NCBI GenBank assembly: GCA_963823035.1
Contig: CAWGKG010000018.1
Coordinates: 32,001-96,000 of the forward strand
DNA: 64,000 bases
From: an uncultured Gemmatimonadales bacterium
GTDB lineage: Bacteria > Gemmatimonadota > Gemmatimonadetes > Longimicrobiales > Gaopeijiaceae
Reading direction: 5' to 3'
The notes under the pieces are model-generated. The model had not been told where the DNA came from and searched no databases. It saw only the letters and a program-made list of their open reading frames with translations. Position numbers and translations under genes: made by a program. Positions within the stretch are counted from its first letter, which is position 1; each line of letters begins with the position of its first letter. Positions 19,700-29,859 of the stretch are shown here, piece after piece.

Positions 19700-21381
19700 T
19701 CAGATGCTGATGGGATCCGAAGCCTTCTTGCCCCGGAGATAGACGAGGAAGAAGGTCCGGGTCACGAAGATCGCCGATATGAAGGACGCCACGATACCGA
19801 TCGACAGCGTCACGGCGAAGCCCTTCACCGGGCCGGTACCGAAGTTGAAGAGGATGAGCGCCGTGAGCAGCGTGGTGATGTTCGAGTCCACGATGGCGGA
19901 GAGCGCGTGCGCGAAGCCCTCGTCGACGGCCGTGCGCGTAGCCCGGCCGGCCGCCAGCTCCTCCCGTATTCGCTCGAAGATCAGCACGTTCGCGTCTACG
20001 GCCATGCCGATCGAAAGGATGAGGCCCGCGATGCCCGGCACGGTGAGCGAGGCGTCGAAGCCGGCCAGCCCGCCCAGCACGAACACGACGTAGACGCCCA
20101 GGGCGAGCACCGCGAGGATGCCCGCCATCCGGTAGTACGCGATCATGATCAGCACCACGAGGACGATACCGACGATCCCCGCGAGCTGGCCCTGCTGGAT
20201 GGAGTCCTGCCCCAGCGAGGGGCCGACCGTGCGCTCCTCGATGACGTTCAGCTTGGCCGGCAGCGCGCCTGCGCGCAGCACCAGCGCCAGGTCGCGCGCC
20301 TCCTCGAGTGGCGTGCCCGCGCCCATCTCGATCTGGCCGCGCGCCCCGATGCGGTCGCGGATGACCGGAGCGCTCATGACCTCGTTGTCGAGGACGATCG
20401 CCAGGTAGTCCCCGACGTGCTGGCCGGTGAAGCGCTGGAAGATCCTTCCCCCCGCCCGCGAGAACTCGAACTGGACCTGCGACTGGTTGAACTGCGGGTC
20501 GCGTCCCGGCGGTGGCGTTCTCGAGATACTCGCCGGTGATGAACGCCCTGTCCGTCAGCACGTAGAGGCGCTTGTAGTTGCGCGCACCGCGTCCCACCAC
20601 GTCGCTGCCCCACTGGAGCGCCTGGTCCCGCGGCATCGCCCGCTGTACTTCCGGCATGGCCAGGAACTGCTCGGCCACGGGCACGTCCTCCACCGGGACG
20701 AGGAACGAGCCGAAGACGTCGCCGCCGTAGAGGAGCGAGGAGAACGGCCGCAGCGCGTTCTGCGCGGCGGCGCTGTCCGCCCGCGCGGCGCCGGCCGAGT
20801 CGGGCGCGGCCGGCGGCGGTGGTGTCCGCCGATGCGCTGTCTCCGAAGAGCAGCTGCTCGAGGTCGCCCTGGCCACCGCTCTCGACGTCCCGCCCGAGCG
20901 CGCGGATCGAGTCCACCCCGAGGGTGCCCACGATCGTGCGGTCGATGCGCGACAGCGCCGACTCGATGTCGGTGGTCGGCTCGACGAGCTTGAACTCCAG
21001 GAAGGCGGCCGTCTGGATGATGTTCTTGGCCTGCTCTTCGTTGGAGACGCCGGCGAGCTCCACGATCAAGCGGTCGTTGCCGACCTTCTGGATCAGGGGC
21101 TCCTCCACGCCGAACTCATCGATGCGTGTCCGGATGATCCGGTCCACACGGTCGATCATGTCCGCCTTGGCGTCCGCCGTGAGCGTGTTGTCGGGATCGT
21201 CCACCTCGAGCACGAGGTGCATGCCGCCCTGAAGGTCGAGCCCCAGCTTGAGCGGCCGCTTCACGCACGAAGCGGGCGACCCCTCACCGCAGGAGCTACG
21301 ATAGTGGGAGTAGAGCTGCCACCCTGCGAGCGCCATCAGGAGCACGATGGCGACGAGGCGGCCTCTGACCGTTTTGAACAT
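19700..21381 (-). CDS. secD: Protein translocase subunit SecD (frameshifts near 20810 and 20510)
   Basis: LGLDLQGG, LRAGALP, VGPSLG, GMAVDANVLIFERIREE. Confidence 0.93.
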
Positions 21382-21402
21382 ATCCGGCTGGTTCGGTCGG
21401 CG

Positions 21403-21425
21403 AAAAAAGGAGCCCCCGAGGGGGC
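21403..21425 (-). terminator. Short terminator-like hairpin in the secD 5' region
   Basis: GCCCC-CTCG-GGGGC, then TCC, then T6. Confidence 0.45.
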
Positions 21426-21444
21426 AGGACGGCGTTAGCCTGTA

Positions 21445-21473
21445 AAGCTGTTTGTGGGGTGGATGGGTGTCAA
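21445..21473 (-). promoter_or_regulatory. sigma70-like promoter for secD
   Basis: TTGACA (21473-21468), 17 nt spacer, CAGCTT. Confidence 0.55.
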
Positions 21474-21504
21474 TCGTTGGGCACGAGGGGGGGCGCGGCT
21501 GTTG

Positions 21505-23649
21505 CTAGAGGAGCGCCCGGCGCAGCACGGCGTGCACGCGGGCCAGGAAACGCTCCGGCTCCATGGTCTTGGCCACGTAGTCGTCGGCTCCCGCCTCCAG
21601 CATCTCGGCCTCGATCCTGTCGCTCCCGGTACCCGTGCGGATCAGCACGGGGAGCGCCGACGTCGTCACCGAGCCGCGGATCAGGTCGAGTACCTGCCGG
21701 CCGTCCAGGCCGGGCATGGCGAGGTCGAGGATCACGAGGTGGTAGTCGGGATCCTCCCCGAGCACCTCCAGCGCGCGATGTCCGTCCTCGGCATCGTCGA
21801 CATCGTATCCGTCCTTCTCCAGGATCGAGCGCATGAGCATGCGCGCGCCGGGGTCGTCGTCGACGAGGAGGATCCGCGGGGGGCCGTGCTGCTCCTGGAC
21901 CTCGTCCTGGTCGAGACCCTGCCCCAGGACGCGCTCGACCTCGACCAGCGTCGTCTTGGCCTGCGTCACCCAGTCGAGCCCGACCTCGTGCATGAGCCGC
22001 ATCCCGCCCTGCGCGGCCACGCGGCTCAGGGTGGAGTAGCCCTTGCGCTGCTCGATGGCCTGCTGGAAGCGCGGCCCGACCACGAGCACTTCCTGGACGG
22101 GGAGCCGACCGCGGTACCCGGTGAAGCCGCACTCCGGGCAACCCACCGCCCGCACCACCGGCTCCACGCCGTGGCGCTCCGTCAGGCGACGCTCGTCCGG
22201 CGTCAGCTGCCCCCGTACCGGCTCGGCGCACGAGGCGCACACGCGGCGGAGGAGACGCTGCGCGGCAGCGCCACGGAGCGTCTGCGCGATGATGCTGAAC
22301 TGCAGCCCGAGGTCGCCGAGGCGGGTGACCGCGCTCACCGCGTCGTTGGCGTGGACCGTGGCGAGCACGAGGTGGCCCGTCATGGCGGCCTGCGCGGCCG
22401 TGACCGCCGTCTCCTTGTCGCGGATCTCGCCGACGAGGATCACGTCCGGGTCCTGGCGTAGCATCGCACGCAGGGCGCCGGCGAACGTCATGCCCTGCTT
22501 CGTCTCGACCTGGGTCTGCGTGATGCCGGCCAACTCGTACTCGATGGGGTCCTCGACGGTCATGATGTTGACCTTGCCGTCGGCGAGCTCCCGCAGGGCC
22601 CCGTAGAGCGTGGTGGTCTTGCCCGAGCCGGTCGGACCGGTCACCACCACGATCCCGTCGCGGTGGGTGAGCAGGTTGCGCAAGCGCTCCAGCTCGTACT
22701 TCGGTAGGTCGAGGTCGTCGAGCGTGAGCGTGGCGCTCGAGTCCAACACCCGGATCACGCACTTCTCGGCGCCGCCCGCGGGGATCGTCGACACGCGCAG
22801 GTCGTAGCCGCGGTTGCGGATGCGAACGCGCGCCTTCCCGTCCTGCGGGCGCAGCCGGTCCGCGATGTCGAGGCGCGACAACACCTTGATGCGCGAGATC
22901 ACCCGGTTGAGCGCGGGCATCGGGAGGTCCATGTGCTTGCGCAGGACGCCGTCCACGCGGTAGCGGACCGCCCCGACCCGGCGCCCCGGCTCGATGTGGA
23001 TGTCGCTGGCGCCCGCGTTGATCCCGTCGCGGATGATCAGGTTCGTGAGCTTCACGACCGGGGTGGCCGCGACGTCGTCCTCGGAGATCGCCTCGGGCCC
23101 CATCTCCTCGACGAGCCTGAGCGCGTCCTCCCCGTCGTCCATCGTCCCGAGGAGGCTCTCCACCGCCTTCTCGGGGCTGAAGCGCCCGTCGATGGCCTCC
23201 TGGATCGCGCCCGGCGAGGCGACCTCGAAGAGCGCGGTCCGTCCCGACGTGAAGCCCAGCGCGCGCTCGGCCTCCACGTCCGTGGGGTCGCAGGTGGCGA
23301 CCACGAAGTGGCGGTCGTCCTCCACGATCGGGAAGATGTGGTGCTTGCGCGCCATCATCTCCGGGATCAGGAGCGCCGCGTTCGGGTCCGCGTCCGCGAA
23401 GTTGGCCACCTTGAGGCGGAAGTACTCGGCCACCATCCCCGCGAGGTCGGTGTCCCCGATCGAGAACGCCTTGGTCACGGTCGTCCACGCCTCGGTCGCA
23501 CGCGAAGAAGGCGGGATGTCCGGACGAGCACCGCCCGGCTCCAGCCCCGCCCGCTCGGCGATGCGAACCAGCCAGTGGACGGCGGCGGCGCCTTTGGCGG
23601 CGGCGCCCTTGGCGGCGGCCGCTCCGTCGGGGGTGGGGTCGCCGCCCAT
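21505..23649 (-). CDS. GspE/PilB-family secretion ATPase with C-terminal response-regulator receiver domain
   Basis: ASDIHIEP, GPTGSGKTT, TVEDPIE, LRQDPDVILVGEIRD, CxxC..CxxC; C-terminal ILLVDDD..ILDLAMP..GADDYVAK. Confidence 0.92.
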   Translation of the reverse strand: MGGDPTPDGAAAAKGAAAKGAAAVHWLVRIAERAGLEPGGARPDIPPSSRATEAWTTVTKAFSIGDTDLAGMVAEYFRLKVANFADADPNAALLIPEMMARKHHIFPIVEDDRHFVVATCDPTDVEAERALGFTSGRTALFEVASPGAIQEAIDGRFSPEKAVESLLGTMDDGEDALRLVEEMGPEAISEDDVAATPVVKLTNLIIRDGINAGASDIHIEPGRRVGAVRYRVDGVLRKHMDLPMPALNRVISRIKVLSRLDIADRLRPQDGKARVRIRNRGYDLRVSTIPAGGAEKCVIRVLDSSATLTLDDLDLPKYELERLRNLLTHRDGIVVVTGPTGSGKTTTLYGALRELADGKVNIMTVEDPIEYELAGITQTQVETKQGMTFAGALRAMLRQDPDVILVGEIRDKETAVTAAQAAMTGHLVLATVHANDAVSAVTRLGDLGLQFSIIAQTLRGAAAQRLLRRVCASCAEPVRGQLTPDERRLTERHGVEPVVRAVGCPECGFTGYRGRLPVQEVLVVGPRFQQAIEQRKGYSTLSRVAAQGGMRLMHEVGLDWVTQAKTTLVEVERVLGQGLDQDEVQEQHGPPRILLVDDDPGARMLMRSILEKDGYDVDDAEDGHRALEVLGEDPDYHLVILDLAMPGLDGRQVLDLIRGSVTTSALPVLIRTGTGSDRIEAEMLEAGADDYVAKTMEPERFLARVHAVLRRALL

Positions 23650-24549
23650 CTATCCCAGCACCGCCCTGCGCCTTCCGCGCTTCTCCTCGTACATCGCGTC
23701 GTCGGCCTCGGCGAGGAGGTCCTCCAGCCGGATCCGTGAGTCCCCGTCGTGGCGGGCCATCCCGATGCTCACCGCGAGCTGGTAGGGTTCACGGCTCGTG
23801 CGGTTGAACTCCCCGAAGCGCTCGCGCAGCCGATCGAGGAGCAGCTCGGCGCTCTCTCCCGACGCCTCGAGGGCCAGCACGGCGAACTCGTCTCCCCCGA
23901 GACGGGCTACGATGTCCGACCGTCGGAAGGTGGCGCGCAGAATGTCGGCCACCTTCATGAGCGCGCGGTCACCCACGTGATGGCCAAGCGAGTCGTTGAT
24001 GGTCTTGAACCGGTCGAGGTCGAGGAACACCATCGTGACTCCGCGCGCGGTGCGGCGGGCGAGCTTGAGGTACTGCTCACCCAGGTCCGCGAACCCGCGA
24101 CGGTTGTATAGGCCGGTAAGGTCGTCGATGAGGGACAGGCTCCGCAATGCCGACAGGAGGCGGTGGCGCTCGATGGCGTGCCGCACCGAGCGCGCCAGTA
24201 CGGTCGGGACGAGCTCGTCCTTGACCAGGAACTCCTGGGCGCCGCCCTGCACCGTGCTCATCGCCACCTCCTCGTCGGAGATGTCCGTGAGCACGATGAT
24301 CGGTACGTCCGGCGCGAAGGCGTACATCCGCTCGAACGTGACCATCCCGTGGCTGTCCGGCAGCTCGAGGTCGAGGAGGACGGCGTCGATCCCCCCCTGC
24401 GTGAGGCGTGCGAGCGCCTGGCTCAGCTCGCCGACCCACTCCAGGTCGATGCCGCTCCCGGAGCGTACGTCGCCAAGCCGCCCGCGAAGCTCGTCGAGGT
24501 ATTCGCGATCGGATTCTACCAGGAGGACCTTGATCGGCCGCTGGTACAA
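23650..24549 (-). CDS. REC-GGDEF diguanylate cyclase
   Basis: REC (VLLDLELPD, FLVK); DDLTGLYNRR, RRSD I-site, GGDEF; TTG start. Confidence 0.92.
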   Translation of the reverse strand: MYQRPIKVLLVESDREYLDELRGRLGDVRSGSGIDLEWVGELSQALARLTQGGIDAVLLDLELPDSHGMVTFERMYAFAPDVPIIVLTDISDEEVAMSTVQGGAQEFLVKDELVPTVLARSVRHAIERHRLLSALRSLSLIDDLTGLYNRRGFADLGEQYLKLARRTARGVTMVFLDLDRFKTINDSLGHHVGDRALMKVADILRATFRRSDIVARLGGDEFAVLALEASGESAELLLDRLRERFGEFNRTSREPYQLAVSIGMARHDGDSRIRLEDLLAEADDAMYEEKRGRRRAVLG

Positions 24550-24686
24550 GGGTCTTCAACCGGAACCGGGGGAACGGAGGGGCCGCGTCGGCCAGAGAGG
24601 CAACCATCGATGTGGTCCAAATTAATGCCAGTCCCCGGGCGACGCCACGACGAAAAACACCTGTTTCCCCCTCTGCCGCCGGTTCT

Positions 24687-25503
24687 TCAGCCCCCTTCGC
24701 GGCCGAGCAGAATCCTCTCGAAGAAAGGAAGAACCCGAGCGTCGTCGGACTGCGCCAGCCAAAACATCGCCGTCCGCCGGGTCCGGCCCTCGTGGGCCGT
24801 GCGGGCCACCTCCATCAGCACCGACACACCCTCGTCGCGCGGCCGCTGCGAGATCGCGAACACCGCGGCGTCGCGCACGTCCTGATCCTCGTCCTCGTCC
24901 AGAGCCACGTCCGCGAGGCCCTCGGTCGCCGCCTCGGCCGCCTCCTGCCCGAGCCAGAAGAGCGCGTTCTTGCGGGCCTCGGAGGCCACGGACGCGTCGC
25001 GGGCCAGCCCCATGAGCTCCCGCCACACGTCCGGCACGTCGGCCAGCACCATGGGAAACACGGCGTCCCGCGCGACCCTACCGGAAGGGGCTCCCTTCGC
25101 CAGCGAGGCCAGCCAGGCGACGGCCTCGCCCGCGTCGACCGTTCCGATCTCCCGCGCGTCCTCGGTCCGATCCCGCATCGCGCGGACCACCGTCCAGTCC
25201 CCGGACCGAGCCGTCCCGCACCCTTGCCTCGACCTCGACGGGCCCGTACCGGCAGTTCGACGCGTCGTCGTACTCGCCATGGCTCCGCCACCACATCCGG
25301 TGCTCGCCCATGCGGATGCCCTGGTCGCAGATCTCCACATCCGGACGCGTCGGGATCGCGAAGCGTACCGTTCCGTCGCCGGCACCCTCGATCCGGCGTC
25401 CGAGCTCCTGGGCCGTGGCGGGCCGCGGGCTCATGCCCGCGGCCGCCATCACCGGAACCGCGACCAGCGCCGCGGCCACGCCCGTCCAGCGCCGACCGCT
25501 CAT
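24687..25503 (-). CDS. Exported HEAT-repeat protein (frameshift near 25200)
   Basis: Signal peptide ending in AQ; repeats KNALFWLGQ, DAAVFAISQ, RTAMFWLAQS. Confidence 0.75.
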
Positions 25504-27059
25504 CCGCCGATCAGGCTCAAGAGGAACTCCGTGGCGCGCGGGTCCTTGCTCTGGCCCAGCCAGAAGATCGCGCGCTTCCTGAGCTCCTTGTCCGGCTCGT
25601 TCTTCGCGACGTCCATCAGGAAGTCCACCGCCTCCGGCTGGTTCTTCTGGGACGCCACGAAGATCACCTGCTCCTTCATCTCCGGTTCCGACGAGCGTCC
25701 CGTAGAGCTCCTTCATCTCCGCGGCGGTCAGGCCGCCGGTCTGGCCGGCCCAGAAGAGGGCGTTCTTGCGCACGTCCACGCTCTCCGAGCGGTCGCGGGC
25801 GCGCTCGAGCAGCCACCTTCGGCTGTCGGCGCTGTTGCCCTGCGCGATCGAGAAGATCGCCTTCTCCTTCAGTTCGGGATCGTTCAGGCGGGGATAGAGG
25901 TCCATGAGGTAGCGCGTCCCGCCCGCCTTCGGGTTCTGCCCGATCCAGAAGATCGCGTTCTCCCGCAGGTCCCTGGGCGCGTCCGCGCGCTCGGCGTACT
26001 CCCGCAGGACGCGCACGGCTTCGTCGCTCCCGTGCTGCGAGATCGCGAAGATGGCCTTCTCCTGCACGTCCTGGTCCTTGCTCTCGCGCAGGATCGACTC
26101 GAGCGCCTGCAGAGCCTCCGGCGACTTCACCTGCGACAGCCAGAACACCGCCTGCTCGCGCACCTCGGGGTCCGGATCCGGATTCCGGTGCGCCAGGTCG
26201 AGGAGGATGTCCACGGACTCGTCCGTCATCTTCTGGGAGATCAGGAACACCGCCTGCCGACGCAGGTCCGCCGAGCACTCGTCCCGCTGCTGGAGCACCT
26301 GCTTGAGGATCGGGATCGCCCGCTCGGCGTTCATGTTCAGGAGGGCGCTCAGCGCCGCGGCACGCGTCTCCTGCTCGTCTCCGTCGCACGGCTCCGAGGC
26401 CTGCTGCGCGATGTTCGCCGCGGCGCCCGCGTCACCCTGCTGAGCCAGCCGGGACTCGAGCTGCACCCGCAGCTCGGCGGCACTGGCCATGGTACCTGCG
26501 TTCGGGTACCGGCTGCGCTGCTGGTCGAGGAGCTCGATCGCCGCGCGCAGGTTGCTCGTGCCGGCCCGCCGGTAGAGCGCGAACGCCTGCCAGTAGTAGG
26601 AGTCCGGCACGTAGCCGGATCGGGGATAGTCCTTGCGCAGCGCCGCGAACGCCTCGGCCGCCGCCGGATAGCGCCCCTTGTTCAGCGCCTCGCGGGCCGC
26701 CGCGTACGCCTTGGCACCCGGGTCCTCCTGCAGCCAGGGCTCGGGGGCCCGCGGCGCCGGGCTCGTCTCGAGCGACGTCGTAGCCGATCCCCCCCAGGGC
26801 GGAGAGCCCGCCGAGCGCGGAGAGCCCCACCGAGCGCGGACATCCCACTCAGGGACGCCTGCGCCGCCGCCATCGAGGCCCCCACGCCGGCCATGGAGCC
26901 GCTCAGCCCCGTCATCGAGGCGCGCGCCTCCAGCATCGCCGCGCGAGCCTGCTGCAGCGAAGCGTCCCCCAACCCACGACCCACCTGGGCCCCGGCCGGA
27001 GCAGCCGTCATCGCCGCGAGCATCAGGGCCGCACCCGTCTTCATCGTCATCGATCGCAT
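25500..27059 (-). CDS. Exported TPR + HEAT-repeat protein (frameshifts near 26790 and 25690)
   Basis: Signal peptide; TPR-like YYWQAFALY; alternating AVFLISQ/AVFWLSQ/AIFWIGQ repeats; TGA overlaps the next ATG. Confidence 0.8.
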
Positions 27060-27072
27060 GTCGCGCCTCCTC

Positions 27073-27774
27073 TCAGGTCCCCGCGAGTCCGGAGCCGGCG
27101 GGCACAGCCGCCCGGATCCGGGGCAGGACGTCTCTATCCTCGAGGCCCCGCAGGGCCAGGTTCATCTCACTCTGCGCGCGAGTCCGGTCCGCGCCCTCCA
27201 CCTCGGTCACTCCCACCATCTGCACGAGCACCAGCTCCAGGTCCCCGAGCAGGTCCCGCATCGCTGGATCCTGCGTGCCCGGCGAGTCCAGCAGCAGCCG
27301 GGTCTGCGTCAGCAGCCCGCGCGCCCACGTCCCCAAGGCCGGATCCACCTTCCCGTCCCGCGCGTCGGCGCGCACGAGCGTCAGCATCGCCTCCGTGCGC
27401 TCCAGGTGGTCGACGGCCGCCGCACGCAGCACCGCCCGGTCCGGCCCGACCGTCGACGAAGACGACGGGGCGCCGGCCACCGTCGGAGTCGACGTCCGAG
27501 CCTGCCGGCCAGGGACGCTCATGCGCCCGATGCCGATCCCCAGGATCAGGACGGCGGCGGCTGCTGCCGCCCAGCCGAGGGGCCGCCGCGTCGAAGCCAC
27601 CCGCCGCGCCCTCGCCTCGTCGAGCGAGCGCACGGTCGCCCTCGGCTCGAGCCCGGCCTGGATGACCGCCCACATCTCCTCCCGGGGCGTCTCCGGCGGC
27701 GCGTTGTAGTGGCCTCGTAGCATCTCCGTCACCTCCGGGTCGATGCGCTCCTCGTCCATCCGATCGTCGTCCAT
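27073..27774 (-). CDS. Putative anti-sigma factor (single TM)
   Basis: Directly follows the ECF sigma gene; YNAPPETPREEMW; TM segment WAAAAAAVLILGIGIG; helical C-terminal domain. Confidence 0.7.
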   Translation of the reverse strand: MDDDRMDEERIDPEVTEMLRGHYNAPPETPREEMWAVIQAGLEPRATVRSLDEARARRVASTRRPLGWAAAAAAVLILGIGIGRMSVPGRQARTSTPTVAGAPSSSSTVGPDRAVLRAAAVDHLERTEAMLTLVRADARDGKVDPALGTWARGLLTQTRLLLDSPGTQDPAMRDLLGDLELVLVQMVGVTEVEGADRTRAQSEMNLALRGLEDRDVLPRIRAAVPAGSGLAGT

Positions 27775-28356
27775 CTATGCGTACTCCTGCATGGCGTCTC
27801 CCAGGCTCGCCCGGAGCTTGGCCCGGGCCCTGAAGAGCCTCGCCTTCGAGGTTCCCTCGGCGACACCGAGCGTCTCGGCGATCTCGCCGTGGCTGTATCC
27901 CTCCAGGTCGTGCATCAGGAACACCGTCCTGTAGATCTCCGGGAGCGCGTCCACCGCTCCCCTCAGCCGATCCCGCACCTCCGCCTCCACCGGCGGCTTC
28001 GTCCGGGCCAGGTGGGCGGCGTCCTCCAGCGACCGTTCCCGCTTGCGGTGGCGATCAGCCTTCCGAATCCCGTTGAGAGAGACGGAAACCGCGATCGAGT
28101 GCAGCCACGTGGAGAACGCCGCGTCGCCCCGGAACTGCTCCAGGCGCTGCCAGGCCCGCAGGAAGGCTTCCTGCGTGAAGTCCCGGGCCAGCTCCTCGGA
28201 GCCCGCCATCCGGTACGTGAGTCGGTAGATCCGGTCCACGTTCGCGTCGTACAGGCGTCGAAAGGCGACCTGATCGCCCCGCTTCGCCCGCTCCACCAGT
28301 TCGAGGTCGTTCAAGAAGAGCTCGCTTGATCGCCGTTGACTCTCTCTTCCGTCCAT
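27775..28356 (-). CDS. ECF RNA polymerase sigma-70 factor (start uncertain, may be TTG at 28314)
   Basis: GDQVAFRRLY, DFTQEAFLRAW, FSTWL, EGYSHGEIAETLG..GTSKARLFRAR. Confidence 0.93.
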   Translation of the reverse strand: MDGRESQRRSSELFLNDLELVERAKRGDQVAFRRLYDANVDRIYRLTYRMAGSEELARDFTQEAFLRAWQRLEQFRGDAAFSTWLHSIAVSVSLNGIRKADRHRKRERSLEDAAHLARTKPPVEAEVRDRLRGAVDALPEIYRTVFLMHDLEGYSHGEIAETLGVAEGTSKARLFRARAKLRASLGDAMQEYA

Positions 28357-28417
28357 GGGACACGACCCATGCCGGAACGGTTGCGCGCCCGGACAGATCC
28401 TCGCGCCCACCCCGTAG

Positions 28418-28489
28418 TCCCTCTGCGTCCTCTGCGTCCTCTGTGGTGAAACTGCTCTTACCACAGAGGACGCAGAGGACGCAGAGGGA
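28418..28489. repeat. REP-like palindrome, copy 2
   Basis: Perfect 30-bp stem; loop GAAACTGCTCTT is approximately the reverse complement of the copy 1 loop. Confidence 0.9.
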
Positions 28490-28510
28490 GAGCCTTGTAG
28501 GGGGTAGGTC

Positions 28511-29855
28511 CTAGGCGCTCGGGTCCATGGGCAGGATCAGCCGCGCCCGCACGCCCTGGGCCGCCCCCCGGCTCTCGAGCACCAGGCTGCCCCCGTGCCC
28601 CTCCGCGATCTGCCGGGACAGCACGAGGCCGATCCCCGAGCCGCCGGGCTTCGTCGTGTAGAACGGCACGAAGAGGTTGCCCGTGTCGGCAAGGCCGGGG
28701 CCGTCGTCCTCGACCAGCAGGTGGAGCTTCCCGGAGCGCGTGAGCCAGCGGATGCTCACTCCGCCCTCGCGGTCGGCCTCGAGCGTGGCGTCCGCCGCGT
28801 TGCGGATCAGGTTGATGAGCGCCTGCTCGAGTTGGTCGGCGTCGGCCTGCAACGTGACTTCGCCTCCGCCCACCACCTCGACGGGGAGGCGCGTCTCCAG
28901 GTCGGCCACGCGCTGCACCAGCGCCGGGACGTCCACCGGGCCCAGCTCCGGCTGAGGCAGGCGCGCGAGCTTCGCGTAGGAGGCCATGAAGCGCCCCAGC
29001 GCCTCGGCGCGCGTCGACATCACCTTGAGCCCGCGCTGCACGTCCTCGTCCAGCTCCGGCGGGGAGGCGGCCGTGGCCGAGGAGCCCCTGGAGGCTGCCG
29101 GTGATCGACTTGATGGGCGCCAGGGAGTTGTTGATCTCGTGCGAGAGGACCCGGATGATCCGCTTCCACGCCTGTCGCTCCTCCTCGCGCAGCGCACGGC
29201 TCAGATCGGAGAGGGCGAGGAGCTGGAGGGGGTAGCCCTCCTGGCGTACCACGGAGCGCCGTAGCTCCCAGCGACCCGTTCCCCCCGGGAAGGAGACCTC
29301 GATCGTCCGGGGCGCGACGCCCTTGAGCGCGTCGGCCAGGCGGAGCTCGGCCGCCGTCTTCCCGATGAGGCGGTCGGCCGGATGCCCGAGGAGCCTCTCC
29401 CCGGCGCGGTTCACGATGCGCAGCGTCTCACCGGGATCGAAGGCCAGCACCGCCACGTCGATCTCCTCGAGCACCTTGCGCAGCGTCTCCGTGGCCTCGA
29501 CGGCCCCCAGGCGCTGCTCGCGCAGGATCTCCTCGAGGTTGTTCACCTCCAGGTAGGCCAACGACAGCGGGTCGTCCGCGTTGTCGACGCGCGCCCGGAT
29601 CGAGAAGTCCCCCTCGCGCAGCGCGGCGAGCATGTTCGCGAGCGTGCCCAGCGGCCGGACCACCTGCTCCCGCACGGCCAGCGTCAGCCCGCCCCAGGCG
29701 CCAACCAGCGCCACCGTGACCGTCCACTGCACCTTGGCGGACAACGGCTCCAGCCAGAGGAAGGCCAGCGACACCGCCATGCCCGGCAGACCGGCGAGCA
29801 CCGCGAGCAGCAGGACCCTCCGGTCGTGACTCAGCCCCCGCCACCATCCGCTCAC
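28511..29855 (-). CDS. Sensor histidine kinase with HAMP/PAS (frameshift near 29075)
   Basis: Two TMs; LSHEINNSL; NLIRNA, DDGPG, FYTTKPGGSGIGL. Confidence 0.9.
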
Positions 29856-29859
29856 GAGG

